64,000 nt of DNA from Carcharhinus amblyrhynchos (Eukaryota): contig OZ336890.1 in NCBI GenBank assembly GCA_965287045.1, positions 21,204,001 through 21,268,000 of the forward strand, written 5' to 3'. The translations under genes were made by a program, and so were the position numbers. This document shows, in pieces, positions 1 to 12,099 of the stretch (position 1 is the first letter of the stretch; each line of letters begins with the position of its first letter). The notes under the pieces are model-generated. The model did no database searches. It was not told where the DNA came from and saw nothing but the letters and a program-made list of their open reading frames with translations.

Positions 1-386
1 AGTCCCTTTGAGCTGAAGGTTACAAAGCTTATAACTGTCACTAACCATCCATGTCCGTGGGTGCATTTATCCATTTAATTGCCTCAGCCCATCCTACTAT
101 CCAAATCGTCCTCTTCTCACCATCGTCTTGCTGTGCCTCTCGGGTTTCTGCGGAAATGAAATGTAGCTTGCCTTGCGGGCTGATTAGAAGGGTCCATATC
201 TGATGGCTTGGCATTAGGACGTTTGGATGTCAGATGGGGAAGCCAATGATTAAATTAGCTGCTTGCATTGAGCGGTTAAAATTTCACAATGGGCCTTCAG
301 TGAGAAAATACAAAAAGAATCCAGAGAATAAAAATAAAGTGCCCCAGTGGGATCTTTAAAATAGCAATTCCTACCTAGTAGCCCAA

Positions 387-657
387 GCTGGTGAAATTAG
401 ATGCAGGTGGTTAGACAAGATGAGGCAGCCTTTGAAGCAATAACCTCACAGCAGAGGCAGATCCTTTGCTAAAACTCTTCGAATCATCAGTGTAACGTTA
501 TTTATGGCTAAAGAATCAACTGTGTAAAACATCATTCCTATGACACCACCCCTCTACTGTGCTTTGTAAAGTTCCCAAAGCCTGTATTTTAAAACCTGTC
601 TGATAACAAGAGAGTTCAGACACGTATTACCTTAATCCATGTGAACGTGACATTTAT
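387..657 (+). repeat. Local ~270-bp direct duplication, copy 1
   Basis: gctggtgaaattagatgca...gtgaacgtgacatttat aligns end to end with 1761-2029. Confidence 0.92.
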
Positions 658-1760
658 AGTCACTGGGAAATTTTGTTCCCCTTAAGCTCTATGTTTTGAT
701 GCCAAATGCAATTATATTTTATGTACTGAAAGTGCATTCTTGATTTCTGTGAACTTTCTCCAAAGCAATAACTAGGAAGGTAGAAGGAAATTATGTAGAT
801 GCTTATCAATATATTTTATCTGCTTTATATTATGCGTCTCTGTTAAAGTCCATTTACTGCTTCCATATTACAATAAATATACATAAAATTGCAATCGCAT
901 TGCACAAGTTCAATTGCTACTGAATCAAAAGGTCTTACTGAGAATGTTCAGTCATCATTATATAGTATAGACAGCGAGTTGAAAATGCACCTTATAAAAA
1001 GTAATTTGACACTTAAAATGTCAATGATGTGATAACTAAATATTAATCAATTTGACATTTTTTCTTGAAGCATTTATAAAGGAAATCTTGCCAACATTAC
1101 CAAAGGTCCCTGTTCAATTTCCAGCCTCTGGTTCCATTCATTACATGCAATCACACTTATACATTTAGATTTGAGGTTGCACAAATTCATTTATGTTCAT
1201 CTTCGTGACTCCCTGATTTTGAATGATGCCTGATTTTTGTTTAACTATCTATTAAACACATTGGGCAAAATTTTATCAAAAATGGCATCGTGTTGGTTAC
1301 AATGCAAAAAAACGGAGGGTTTCCCACAGACCACGCCGGCGTGTTTTTGATCTGAATTTTACAAGTCATTAGTATTAATTGTTATTCCTGTGACTTCCTG
1401 ATTCGCCACTGTGTAATGATTTATCTGCAGCAAGCACTGAGGGCCAGCATATACATGGCTCCCCAGCACATGTTCCAGAACAACTGCAGGGGATGGCAGG
1501 CAAGAAACCGGCAATGCACTTCACAGAGGGGCCCTCGTCAGAATGCTCAATGGGTTTGTGCAGAGGAGGGCACTGCTGTTCCCCCGCTCCAGGAGGCAGC
1601 CCTCCAGCAGGGTTACTGCTCCCGCCTGCAGTAGCAGTCCTGGTCAATGCAAACACCCCGGAGGGTGCTGGCCGCCTAAGCGCTTACCTCCGAAACCTCC
1701 CCCTCGCGGGAGGTGAGGCTCCAGGTTCATGCTTACGCAGGCCTATTATAAAGGCGCAAG

Positions 1761-2029
1761 GCTGGTGAAATTAGATGCAAGTGGTTAGACAAAATGAGCA
1801 ACCTTTGAAGCGATAACCTCACAGTAGAGCAGATCCTTTGCTCAAACTCTTCCATTCATCAATGCAGCGTTATTTATGGCTAAAGAATGAACTGTGTAAA
1901 ACATCATCCCTGTGGTACCACCCCTCCACCATGCTTTGTAAAGTTCCCAAAGACTGCATTTTAAAACCTGTCTGATAACGAGAGAGTTCAGACACGTGTT
2001 ACCTTAACCCATGTGAACGTGGCATTTAT
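1761..2029 (+). repeat. Local ~270-bp direct duplication, copy 2
   Basis: Same sequence as 387-657 with scattered substitutions and small indels. Confidence 0.92.
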
Positions 2030-3087
2030 GTGAACGCTCGCTGAATATCCGGTGATGGGGGAAGTGCCGGAGAATGTGTATTAAAATGAACTTCCTGCCA
2101 TCCTGCAGTGTATTCCATGCCAATCCACCAGGGAGTTACTGGGAAGATCGGAACTCGGAAACCTGCCGGTGTGAATCTGGATTTTGAGCATGTGCCGCCA
2201 TTCCCGCAGATGGAGAGTGAGGGCTCAAAAACGACCCCCCCCCAATTCTCGATCCCTGCTGCAAGACCATCTATTACTCGGGGTGGGGGTGGGGGCATAT
2301 ATTCAGTCTGTCTTTAATTTAGCAATACAAACGGCTCATTTAGGGTGAAAATATTTACAAGTGTGACCCAGAGCGTTCGCAGGTCAGAGCAAGATGCAGC
2401 ACCATAAAGCACTGACAACTGCGAAACTGTGCCAAGTGGTGCACAGTACAGCTGGAGAGTAATGACTGGGTTGTAATGGAGGAATGTTTTATGTTAAACA
2501 GTAAAATTGTAAACATCATTGCATTTCATAGTACATGGCAGCAAGCGACTATCCTACTGTGCACTAGTAAAGGTCAATGATTTCTGCTATTTTGCTATTT
2601 AACATTAAATTCATTTTTGTCATGTTGAATATACACCATTTCTGGTGGGGTTTTTCTTTTCTGATTAGGCAAGCACCAAATGAATGGAGTTCATTGAAGA
2701 GCTATAAGCTCAGACATTAAAACCATCCACCCGGAGCGGTGATCTCCAAACATATAGAGAACGTCATTAAGAACTTGCTTTCTTGTTATTTGTGTCACTT
2801 CTCTTTATCTTATCTTTTCTTCTGTTTTTCTCAAGCCAGTTCCTCTTCACTCACAAGACACGCAACATCCCCAACTGCTGGCTATCGAAAGGAAAGCAGG
2901 AAGCCTGAGAAACTCCAAGCTTCCTGTAATCAATGCCATCAACTCACATCAATCAAAATTAGAGCGAGGGTCTTCTTTGATTCCGGCTGCTCCCAATGTT
3001 AAGCAAACAAATGGCAATAATTGTATTGTTACAACTGAAAATCTAATGCTATTCAAAATACAGAAAGTATGAAAATTGTACCTTTTG

Positions 3088-3375
3088 AAGTTTATTTATT
3101 ATTTCACAAGCTTGTAGGCTTACATTAACACTGCAATTAAGTTACTGTGAAAATCTCCTAGTCGCCACATTCCAGTGGCCTGTTTGGATGCACTGAGGGA
3201 GAATTCAGCATGGCCAATGTACCTAAGCAGCACATCTTTCAGATTATGGGAGGAAACTGGAGTACCCAGAAGAAAGCCACGCAAACACGGGGAGAATGCG
3301 TAGACCCTGTGGTGACCCAAGCCAGAAATCCGCTACTGTGAGACAGCAGTGCTAATCACTGTGCCACCATGCCAC
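3088..3375 (-). mobile_element. HE1-like V-SINE, tail type B
   Basis: Reverse complement of the tRNA-like head GGCATGGTGGCACAGTG..AGCACTGCTG, HE1 body, and tail ...GTGTTAATGTAAGCCTAC...AATAAATAAACTT. Confidence 0.88.
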
Positions 3376-3918
3376 CCCCATTTTGGTTCTCAAGAAAAGT
3401 TTGACTCTTTCAAGTGAGCTTTTGTGAATACATGGCCAATCATCAGATGTTAGGAAATAACCTTCCTGGAAAGATAAATGCAAACCCCCCCCATCCCCAA
3501 ATAAACACTGTATAAAATGAGAAAATGTCAGCAATGACCCATGAGCGGCTGGTCAAATACTGTGCACAAACTTTGTCTCTCCCTTCCCCCTCCCCCATCA
3601 TAAATAAATCAGTTACCAAGGTCCGCAGCACCTCCTTCTCAGTAGACAAGGCCATTATACAGAATCCTATTGTTACACCACCATATCTCAGACACACTCA
3701 GAACTGGACCACCAGATATGCCCACAACTGCAGTACTGTGTTATCAGGCCCAGCTGACTATTGCACCCAACATCTCATTCACTCCACAACTGGGCAGTCT
3801 CCAAATGGAGAACACATCTCCATGCTTTCACACATTCTGACTGAAGCCAGTGCAAGTAGGAAACAAGGCCACTTTTTGCCACCTTTGCCAAGTGAGCAGA
3901 AGGCCAACATTAGTGTCC

Positions 3919-4013
3919 AAACCCGAGTCGTAATTTAACTCTGCAGAGTGGACAGCTACTGTGTCATTTTGCAGACTTTCTTCAACCCTAACCCTACTGG
4001 ATAAACAATTGCT
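3919..4013 (+). repeat. Local ~95-bp direct duplication, copy 1
   Basis: aaacccgagtcg.aatttaactctgcagagtggacagc...ctggataaacaat also occurs at 5139-5234. Confidence 0.9.
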
Positions 4014-4029
4014 CTGACTGACCCTGTGC

Positions 4030-4822
4030 AGCCAGCAAAATCAAAGACCCCATGCAACCCAGACATTCTCGCTTCCACCTTCTTCCATCGGGAGAAAGGT
4101 ACAAAAGACTGAGATCACATACCAACTGACGCAAGAACATCTTCTTCCCTGCTGCCATCAAACTTCTGAATGGGTCTACCTGCACTAACTTGACCTTTCT
4201 CTACACCCAAGCTATGGAAGAAGTCTCACAACACCAGGTTAAAGTCTGAAAGGCTTATTTGGAATCACAAGCTTTCAGAGCGCTGTTCCTTCCTCAGGTG
4301 AGTCACCCAACTCAACTGATGAAGGAGCAGCGCTCCAAAAGCTCGTGATATCATGGGTTCACGTCGCACTATCTGTAACCCCCGTAACTTGCCTGGGTTT
4401 GCAAGCCCTCGTTTACTGTACCGTCTGGAGACAATACACATCTCTTTAACCTGTGATCAGTGCTTCTTCCACACACATTGTCGGCCACTTTAGGACTTGA
4501 CAGCAGGTTAGGTGTAAAGATTCGCATTCTAATCAGTAATCTGTAAACTGTCTGTGCTGTATATGCTCTGTCTGAGGCCAGAACTCTCCATTCACCTGAA
4601 GAAGAGGGAAACCCCTCGAAAGCTAGTGAGTTTACTATCAAATAAATCGGTTGGACTTAAACCTGGTGTTGTCAGACTTTTTACTGTGTTTACTCTAGCT
4701 ATGACAGTAACACTATATTCTCCACTCCCTCCTTTCCTTCTCTATGAACGGCAGCGAGCAAGAAACAATACTTTGCACTATATCACATACATGTGACAAT
4801 AATAAATCAAATCAAATCAAAA
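4030..4822 (+). mobile_element. Rex1/Babar-type LINE 3' fragment, interrupted by an insertion
   Basis: Decayed RT C-terminus KDPMQPRHSRFHLLPSGERYKRLRSHTN*RKNIFFPAAIKLLN; the 3' UTR resumes at ~4692 and ends aataaatcaaatcaaatc. Confidence 0.8.
4217..4691. mobile_element. Element with long inverted termini (probably Penelope-derived) nested in the Rex1 fragment
   Basis: aagtctcacaacaccaggttaaagtc...tcaggtga at left is inverted at right (tcacctga...ggacttaaacctggtgttgtcagactt). Flanked by acccaagctatg / actctagctatg (imperfect TSD). Confidence 0.7.
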
Positions 4823-5138
4823 ACCATCAGAAGCATGGGTCAAAGCTGGGATGTCTAGGTCTGTACAGATCGGGACCACAAGGGGATATGCTATTATAGA
4901 CTCACCGGTTAGCTATTTTTACAGCGACAACAATGCGCTTCGCTTTCAACAGAAGATGATGGGGAGGTTAATAAAAGGCTGGAGGCCACCCTACCGAGCC
5001 CTTTCTTGAGTCGAGCCAGGCTGACGGTGTGTCCCCCTATGCTCGAGCTCTCCCTCATAAGGCATCAGAAAATGGAAGTCGTTAGGGCAGGAGAACTGAG
5101 CATTGCTGCGGAGACAGAATGCTGCTGCGCTCAACAGG

Positions 5139-5234
5139 AAACCCGAGTCGCAATTTAACTCTGCAGAGTGGACAGCCAACTGTGTCATTTTGACTTCTTT
5201 CTTCAACCCTAGCCCTGCTGGATAAACAATAGCT
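5139..5234 (+). repeat. Local ~95-bp direct duplication, copy 2
   Basis: Matches 3919-4013. Confidence 0.9.
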
Positions 5235-6243
5235 GCACCGCAGCACAACATGCAGACAGTGATTAGTGCTGTAAAGTGGAAAGCACCTTTCAGAGGCATG
5301 TTTAAGCTTGCCGCTGTTATTTCAAAGCACTCCTCCACAATAGGTTCTTTAAAAGATTTAGCAAAGATGGGTATTATTTTACTGAGTACAGTGCTGTGGT
5401 TTGGAGCACAGCAGCACAGGGATTTCCCCCTCCCCTATATCAAACGCATTCAGTTCACTCATCCTTCATTGTGAACTGAAGGCTTTTTCTATAAATAAAC
5501 AAAGAATACGTCCCAACTCACAGCGGAGACAAAAGGGAGATAAAAAGTGGAGCAAACGCCACACAACGGGCTACATGTTACGAAGGACAGTCAATCCTCG
5601 CATTGTTCTCAAAGGGAGGGCAGCGGAAAAAAAAACTACACGGGTGCTGGTTTAGCGAGATGGGCCAAAGAGCTTTCTCGTTCTCTTGCTTTGTTTTCAA
5701 TGATATTACTGTCAGATGACAATCTCTGGATCAATATGAAAATATTGCCACTGTTCTTTTCCCTCCAAGTGGAGGAAACCCATTGAGTAAAAAAATCAAA
5801 TTTGAAAACCATTGAGAGCTAAATTGTTTGGGTTTCTGAGAAACCTTTCCCGTAATGCAGCCCGGAGGTACGTCGCTTCTTAATGCTACTTGTTTTCCCG
5901 GTAGTGCAGGTGTCAAATCCTGTGAATTCTGTGCATTTGTACTCACTTAATTGCACAAACTACACCTCTGAACTCGGACGATAAAGAAACAGCAATTATC
6001 CGCTATCTGTTTTGTCAGGTATCTGCCGAGAAATGATTGCTCACTATTCAGAGCTCATTTCCATCCAAGAAAACTGACCCCAGCTGTCAGTAATGCAAGG
6101 ATGATGCCTGCCTTGCATATGACACAGAATGTTGCCAGGAAAAGACAGGTGAGCTTTAATCTTTTTTTCAACAAAAAAAGGCATTACCCGACGTGGTGGG
6201 TTTGTTTTCTTTGCATCCAAAATTGTTAGTTTAGCCAGCCTGG

Positions 6244-6524
6244 GGTGGCACGGTGGCACAGCGGTTAGCACTCTGCCTCACAGCGCCAGGGATTCGATTC
6301 TCGGCTTTGGTCACCATCTGCACGTTCTCCATGTGTCTGCGTGGATTTCGTCTGCGTTCTCCGGCTTCCTCCCACACTCCACAAAAAATGCTGGTTAGGC
6401 GCATTGACCATGTTAAATTCTTCCTCAGCGTACCCGAACAGTGCCGAAATGCGGCGACTGGGGGATTTTCACAGTAACTTCATTGCAGTGTTAATGTAAG
6501 CCTCTTTGTTACCCTAATAAATAC
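6244..6524 (+). mobile_element. HE1-like V-SINE, tail type B
   Basis: ggtggcacggtggcacagcggttagcac head; tail acagtaacttcattgcagtgttaatgtaagcc. Confidence 0.88.
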
Positions 6525-6876
6525 TTAGAGGGAGCTTTGGAGGAACATGGATCCTGGAGTTGGCCATTCAGCCCCTTGAGACTGTTCTATCTCAGTGCTT
6601 TATGCCTCTAAACAAGTGTTGAAGCGACTCAAACATCTTTCACCCATGGTTTAACCTCAGAACCAGGAGAAATATTTTAGTGGCAAATCAATTAGAAATT
6701 TCTGTGTGCAAATTTTTCTAATGTGTATATAATATTCAACATTAATAAGTTACTGAAGGTCATATTGAAATAGTAAGGTGTGTTCAAGGTTTAGATGCGC
6801 AAAGCACCAAGATCTAACAGACTTGCCGACAGAATGGCTGACTCCAGCATGCATGTTCCTCCAGAGCTCCCTCTAA
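6525..6876. repeat. ~350-bp segment bounded by 45-bp inverted repeats
   Basis: ttagagggagctttggaggaacatggatcctggagttggccattc (6525-6569) versus the reverse complement of 6832-6876, about 40/45 identical. Confidence 0.75.
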
Positions 6877-6953
6877 ATCAAGTTTCCATCTGACATTCGG
6901 CACAACTTCCCACATTAATAATCTTAATAAAAGTTAACATGAGACCAGGAAAT

Positions 6954-7246
6954 TCATAAAATCCCTAGAGTGCAGAAGGCCATTTGGGCCATTGATCTGC
7001 ATTGACAATAATCCCACCCAGGCCCTATCCCTATATCCTAGTCACCCCATGTATTTACCCTGCTAGTCCCCCTGACACAAAGGGGAATTTAGCATGGCCA
7101 ATTGACCTAAGCCACATATCTTTGTGGGAGGAAACTGGAATATTTGAAAGAAATCCACACGGACATGGGGAGAAGATGCAGACTCCACACAGACGGTGAT
7201 CCCCAAAGCTGGAACTGAACCCAGGTCTCTGGCGCAGTGCTAACCA
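6954..7246 (-). mobile_element. HE1-like V-SINE, tail type A (CR1/HER1-like tail)
   Basis: Starts cataaaatccctagagtgcagaaggccattt (reversed tail), HE1 body, ends gtgctaacca. Confidence 0.88.
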
Positions 7247-8020
7247 GGGAGCCGCCTCAATGTTGTCATGGCAACGTTCCCATTCAAGCAGTTCAAAAGT
7301 GACATTGTGCCTCTTTGGTGTTCAAGGGGTTAACAGCCATTGGCAAAAGGATACATTTATCTCCTCTTTGGGCTGGATTTTAACACAGGTCAAGCAGAGG
7401 CAAAGGGCAGAGTTTTTCTAATGTACTGCACCGGTGAGAAGGGAAAGCATTACTCCATCTGTTTGGATTCATTGTGAAGCCAGATCCCATTGGTCAAAGG
7501 ATGGTGTTTACTCCGGGGGATGTTCACTACTTCTGGATTTAGTTACTGTGAACAGACATCTGGGTTACGTGGTTACTTGCTGAATCCTTTTGGAATCGGA
7601 AAGGGCCCAGTGCACCTGAACTCAAGAGTTGTTTGAAACTTGCCAAAGTAGCTGGCAGCATTTCAAGATCTGTCACTGCAGGTTGATTAGAGAGTTTTCT
7701 GGCTGTTTAAGTGGGCATGCAGGCTTCATTCCTGGATCTCACACATCAAACACCATCTAGTCTTCATTTGTGTATCGGTTCCCAAAAGGCATTTCAACAA
7801 TTTTTCAGATTTTCCTTGTCTTGTGCATGTTGCAAGCAAGCCAATTTCAGTTTGGCTGTTTGTGACGTACAATAACAAATGCTTCCCAGTGAATACATCT
7901 CACGCGGATTTATACAATTCAGCTGTGTTGCAGCAAAGCCCATTGAACAGAATCATTTTTGGAGATAACATGGAGAGTGGTTGCAAGTAACTTAAAAATG
8001 GGTGGCCAATTTACACAACT

Positions 8021-8321
8021 GGCAGCAGGGTGGCACAGTGATGAGCACTGCTGCCTCACAGTGCCAAAGCGCCAGGTTCCATACCAGCCTCAGGTGACTG
8101 CGTGGCGTTTACACATTCTCCCCATGTCTGCATGGGTTTTCTCTGGGTGCTCCGCTTTCCTCCCACAATCCAAACATCCAAAGGGTTAGGACGATTGGCC
8201 ATGCTAAATCACCTCTCAGTGTCAGGTAAGCACGTGGGATGTGGGGTTAGGACCTCAGTGGGATTGCTGTCGGTACAAGCTCGATGGGCTGAATGGCCTC
8301 CTTCTGCGTAGGGATTCTATG
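8021..8321 (+). mobile_element. HE1-like V-SINE, tail type A
   Basis: ggcagcagggtggcacagtg head; tail ctcgatgggctgaatggcctccttctgc..gggattctatg. Confidence 0.88.
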
Positions 8322-8485
8322 AACTGCACAATTCCCCTTTCCCCTACATCAGCATGAGCTCTGAACTCACCCCCTTTCCCCCTCAACCAAAGATCAGCAT
8401 CTCTTAGTATGGATCACTGATATTATTTGGAAACAGGAATTTGGATCAAGTTTCTTCCCCCTGCACCAAACCTATGACCCAACAT

Positions 8486-8762
8486 AAAGTTTATTTATTA
8501 GTCACAAGTAAGGCTTATTTTAACACTGCAATGAAGTTACTGTGAAATTCCCCTAGTCACCACAGTCTGGCACCTGTTCGGGTCAATGCACCAAACCAGC
8601 ATGTATTTCAGATTGTGGAAGGAAACTGGAGCACCTGGAGGAAACCCATGCAGACACGGGGAGAACGTGCAAACTCCACACAGACAGTGACCCAAGCCGG
8701 GTATCGAACCCAGGTTGCTGGCATTGTGAGGCAGCAGTGCTAACCACTGTGCCACCGTGCTG
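8486..8762 (-). mobile_element. HE1-like V-SINE, tail type B
   Basis: aaagtttatttattagtcacaagtaaggctt ... gcagcagtgctaaccactgtgccaccgtgc. Confidence 0.9.
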
Positions 8763-9619
8763 TAGACAGGCTGATGGCAGATGATGATCTTGCCCATCTA
8801 ACTATCTAGGGACAACCACAGTAACTCTTCAGGACTGTGGTGGATAAAGCAATTGGCAAGTTGTGCAGATGGAACTTCTTATTTAGATGGGTGTGTGGAT
8901 AGCATAGACTTTTCAGCCAGAAACAATTCTAAACTAGCTACTCAGGACAATTCCTTCATTACAAGGCTGCTTTGTTTTGAGGAAGGCAGTAATGCTTCTT
9001 ATCACTAAAAAGGGCTGATTTTGGAAACCAGTCACACCACATATTGTTCCTGAGCAGACGATAATCATTTAAAAGGTTTACGTGAGTTGCTAAAGGCTCT
9101 CCACTGATCTGATAGCATCGACTTTCAGCTCTGCGCTGAACTGCACAACACAGCAGCGGGAGGAAACTTTGAGAATATCAAATCTAAGATAAGAGGCTCC
9201 AGTAGGGCAGATAAAATCCGAGAACAAAGCGGCTCCACCTCAGGATTAATCTATGTTTAGGTTTGCAGTTCTGGCTTCCTTTCCTGTACATTAATGGTGG
9301 AAAGCTACGTTACACAGGAAAGATCTCTGAGCATACTCACACTGCATTTACGGTGCTGTGGCCACCTCAATCTCACTGGCATCAGCACTGACTGTAACAG
9401 CCTTCACCAATGCAGAACATCACTGCATGAACTGTTTATTCCGCAAACCACCAGCAAAAGTAAAACTTGAAACATGAGGACCAAAGCAGAATCGACAGGA
9501 TATAAGGCACTAACAGTCAAAAACGATAATAAGTAACATCAGTCCGGACAAGATGCATTTCACGTGAAGTCTGGCAAGAATCCCCCGGAGACCTTTCCCA
9601 GAATGGCCTCAGCTGATCG

Positions 9620-9906
9620 GGGTGTCACGGGTGACACGCGGTGTTTAGCACGGCTGCTTCACAGCACCAGGGACCTGGGTTCAATACCTGGCTTGGGTCA
9701 CTGCCTATGTGGAGTTTGCATGTTCTCCCTGTGTCTGCATGGGTTTCCTCTGGGTGCTCTGGTTTCCACCCACAGTCTGAAATATGCGCTGGTTAAGTGC
9801 ATTTACCCAAACAGGTGCTGGAGTGTGGCGACTAGGGAAATTTCACAGTAATTTCACTGCAGTGTCATGTAAGCCTTACTTGTGATTAATAAATAAACTT
9901 AACTTT
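9620..9906 (+). mobile_element. HE1-like V-SINE, tail type B
   Basis: HE1 body; tail gtaagccttacttgtgattaataaataaactt. Confidence 0.88.
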
Positions 9907-10621
9907 GATAGTCCATGGAGTGCTATAACTTCTTCCCCTCCTTTATATTTTTGATTACATCCTTTCCAATGTCATCGAACATGTTATTTCTTAGGCAAAT
10001 GATAACAATGCATGGTAAACTCCAGCAGCTATCCATATCAAGGCACCCATCATTGTGCATTCCAATGGGGTTTCATGAGATCTCATAAACAGAATTTAGC
10101 TGATTCCCAAGCAATGCCAACAACCTGCATGCTGCAACTGGGCCTCCAGATTAGAAACATTCTGATCGTTTGCCGTACTCCAATAGCACTCACTGTATAC
10201 ACGTGGACATCCCATGACACCTGCCACAGTCAAATAGCCTGTTGGAGAGTGTTCGTATAAGCCTCTCTCCCTTCTGAGCATGTGCGGGCTTTAGTCTACA
10301 AGACAGTTCTGTTCTCTGTTGCTCCTGTTTTCGTTTTGTTTACTACTTATTTATTTATGTAAAGCAGGTCCTTCTTTTGACAATGCATATGATTACCTTA
10401 TTTGTGGACTCAAGTTACCAGAACCACCGGACGCTGAGTGAGTTGAGAAGACTGTTTGCATCTGAGTAATCACTGCTCAGCGCGACTCACCACTGGGAGA
10501 TGGAGGGAGAGAAAAGGCTGCCAGGAAAAATTGTGTCTTCGTCCAGAATTTCAAATGATTCTGGGTGCAAAGTATGGGATTATTAAAAAATGTATCCCCA
10601 GGTTCACAAACTTCATCTTAT

Positions 10622-10756
10622 TAAAAGCAAAATACATCAGATGTTGGAAACTTGAGAAATACAAATGGAAAATGCCGTAAAATCTCAGCAGGTCTGGCTG
10701 CATCTGTGGAGAGAGAATAAAACTAATATTTCGAGTCTGGATGACACTTTGTCAGC
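10622..10756. mobile_element. Short shark interspersed repeat remnant (probably a Penelope-like terminus)
   Basis: aaagcaaaatac..cagatgttggaaa...aatctcagcaggtctggctgcatctgtggagagagaa resembles a recalled common elasmobranch repeat. Confidence 0.5.
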
Positions 10757-10779
10757 TCAGTTTCATCATTGACTATAAT

Positions 10780-11060
10780 TAGAAACATAGAAGATAGGAG
10801 CAGGAGGAGGCCATTTGGCCCTTCGAGCCTGCTTCACCATTCATCACAATCATGGCTGATTGTCCAACTTAATAGCCAATTCCTGCTTTCTCCCCATAAC
10901 CCTTGACCCCATTTGCTCCAAGTGCTATATCCAGCCGCTTCTTGAATACATTCAATGTTTTGGCATCAACTACTTCCTGCGGTAATAAATTCCATGGGCT
11001 CTTTCGATGAAGAAGTGTTTCCTCACCTCCGTCCGAAACAGTCTAGCCTGAATCTTCAAG
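10780..11060 (-). mobile_element. CR1/HER1-type LINE 3' fragment
   Basis: tagaaacatagaagataggagcaggaggaggccatttggcccttcgagcc (reversed CR1 tail) plus decayed RT C-terminus. Confidence 0.8.
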
Positions 11061-11920
11061 ACTTAGCATTTACTATACCACGGAGTTCGAGAGAACGTAA
11101 ACCCACGACAGAGTTCTTCTGAAATCTGGAACGCCTTTTATTTGGTGCCTTCCCAACCCACCCACCGTTTCCAATTTTGGGATTCCAAAAAAGATTTCCT
11201 GGCTGACAATCCCCGTCCAGCCAGCTGCAATTGTTAACGGGTTGTTATTCTCAGCTAGCCCCGCCGTGAACTTTGTAAGGGAGATGAACGTTTAATATCA
11301 GATGGAAATGGGACAAATCCTGTCATTAGGCATCTATTGAATACAAATGAAATAACTTTTAGACGTGCTAGCCAATCTATAGATACGTTTTATGCAACAA
11401 ACGAACATAAATTAGCAAATAAATGGCTTGCTATTGATTTGTGTGCAATGTTAAATTAAGAACATGGACTCCTTTGACTCGGAGCACATCCCTGAAGAAT
11501 GAGAAACTAATTAAAAATTCATCCTGAACACCTGTTTCTTCCACCTTTGCCCCTTGTAGCAGCATCATAATATTCGCTAATACTTAAAGGTTTCAGGGTC
11601 GCACATGTCATTCTCCTTTTCAGAAACCTCCTACTTCTGTAGTCATTTTCTATCTATTTTAGAGCCCTTGTCTCTAATTACTGCACTGGAGCACACCATT
11701 TGTACTGAGGATGCCAAAGCTACAAGTTATTATTAAAGCGGTAAGGACCACAAATTAAGTCAATTAAATGCGCTTCCACAAAACTTTAATTACCGATATG
11801 ACATTTTAAAACGAATCCCTCACATTCAAGATACCGCCAGTTTGCCTGCAGGAGTTTCTGGAGCTGTGCGAGTGTGTTGTCAGAAAGACAATTTGCCATT
11901 TACAGAAGTTTGAACACCTC

Positions 11921-12047
11921 GGGTGGAAATTTCCAGCCTCGCTCGTCCCGAAACTGTAAAATCCCACCCGAGATCAATGAACTTCTCCGTGGTCCGCCCC
12001 TCGCCCACTTCGATTCCTGTGGCAGGCAGGACGGTAAAATTCTGGCC
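11921..12047 (+). mobile_element. Short MITE-like element (Harbinger-like GG(C/G)TGGA.TTT termini)
   Basis: gggtggaaattt ... gtaaaatcccacccgag ... ggacggtaaaattctggcc; related copies at 25567, 28775 and 62569. Confidence 0.65.
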
Positions 12048-12099
12048 TATGAATAAATATTAGAACATCTGACTTAAGTATTAAGGGTTTTTACGTTTA

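Noticed and set aside
6244-6320. tRNA-like A/B-box sequences at the heads of the HE1 copies
   Set aside because: They are SINE heads, not cloverleaf-forming tRNA genes.
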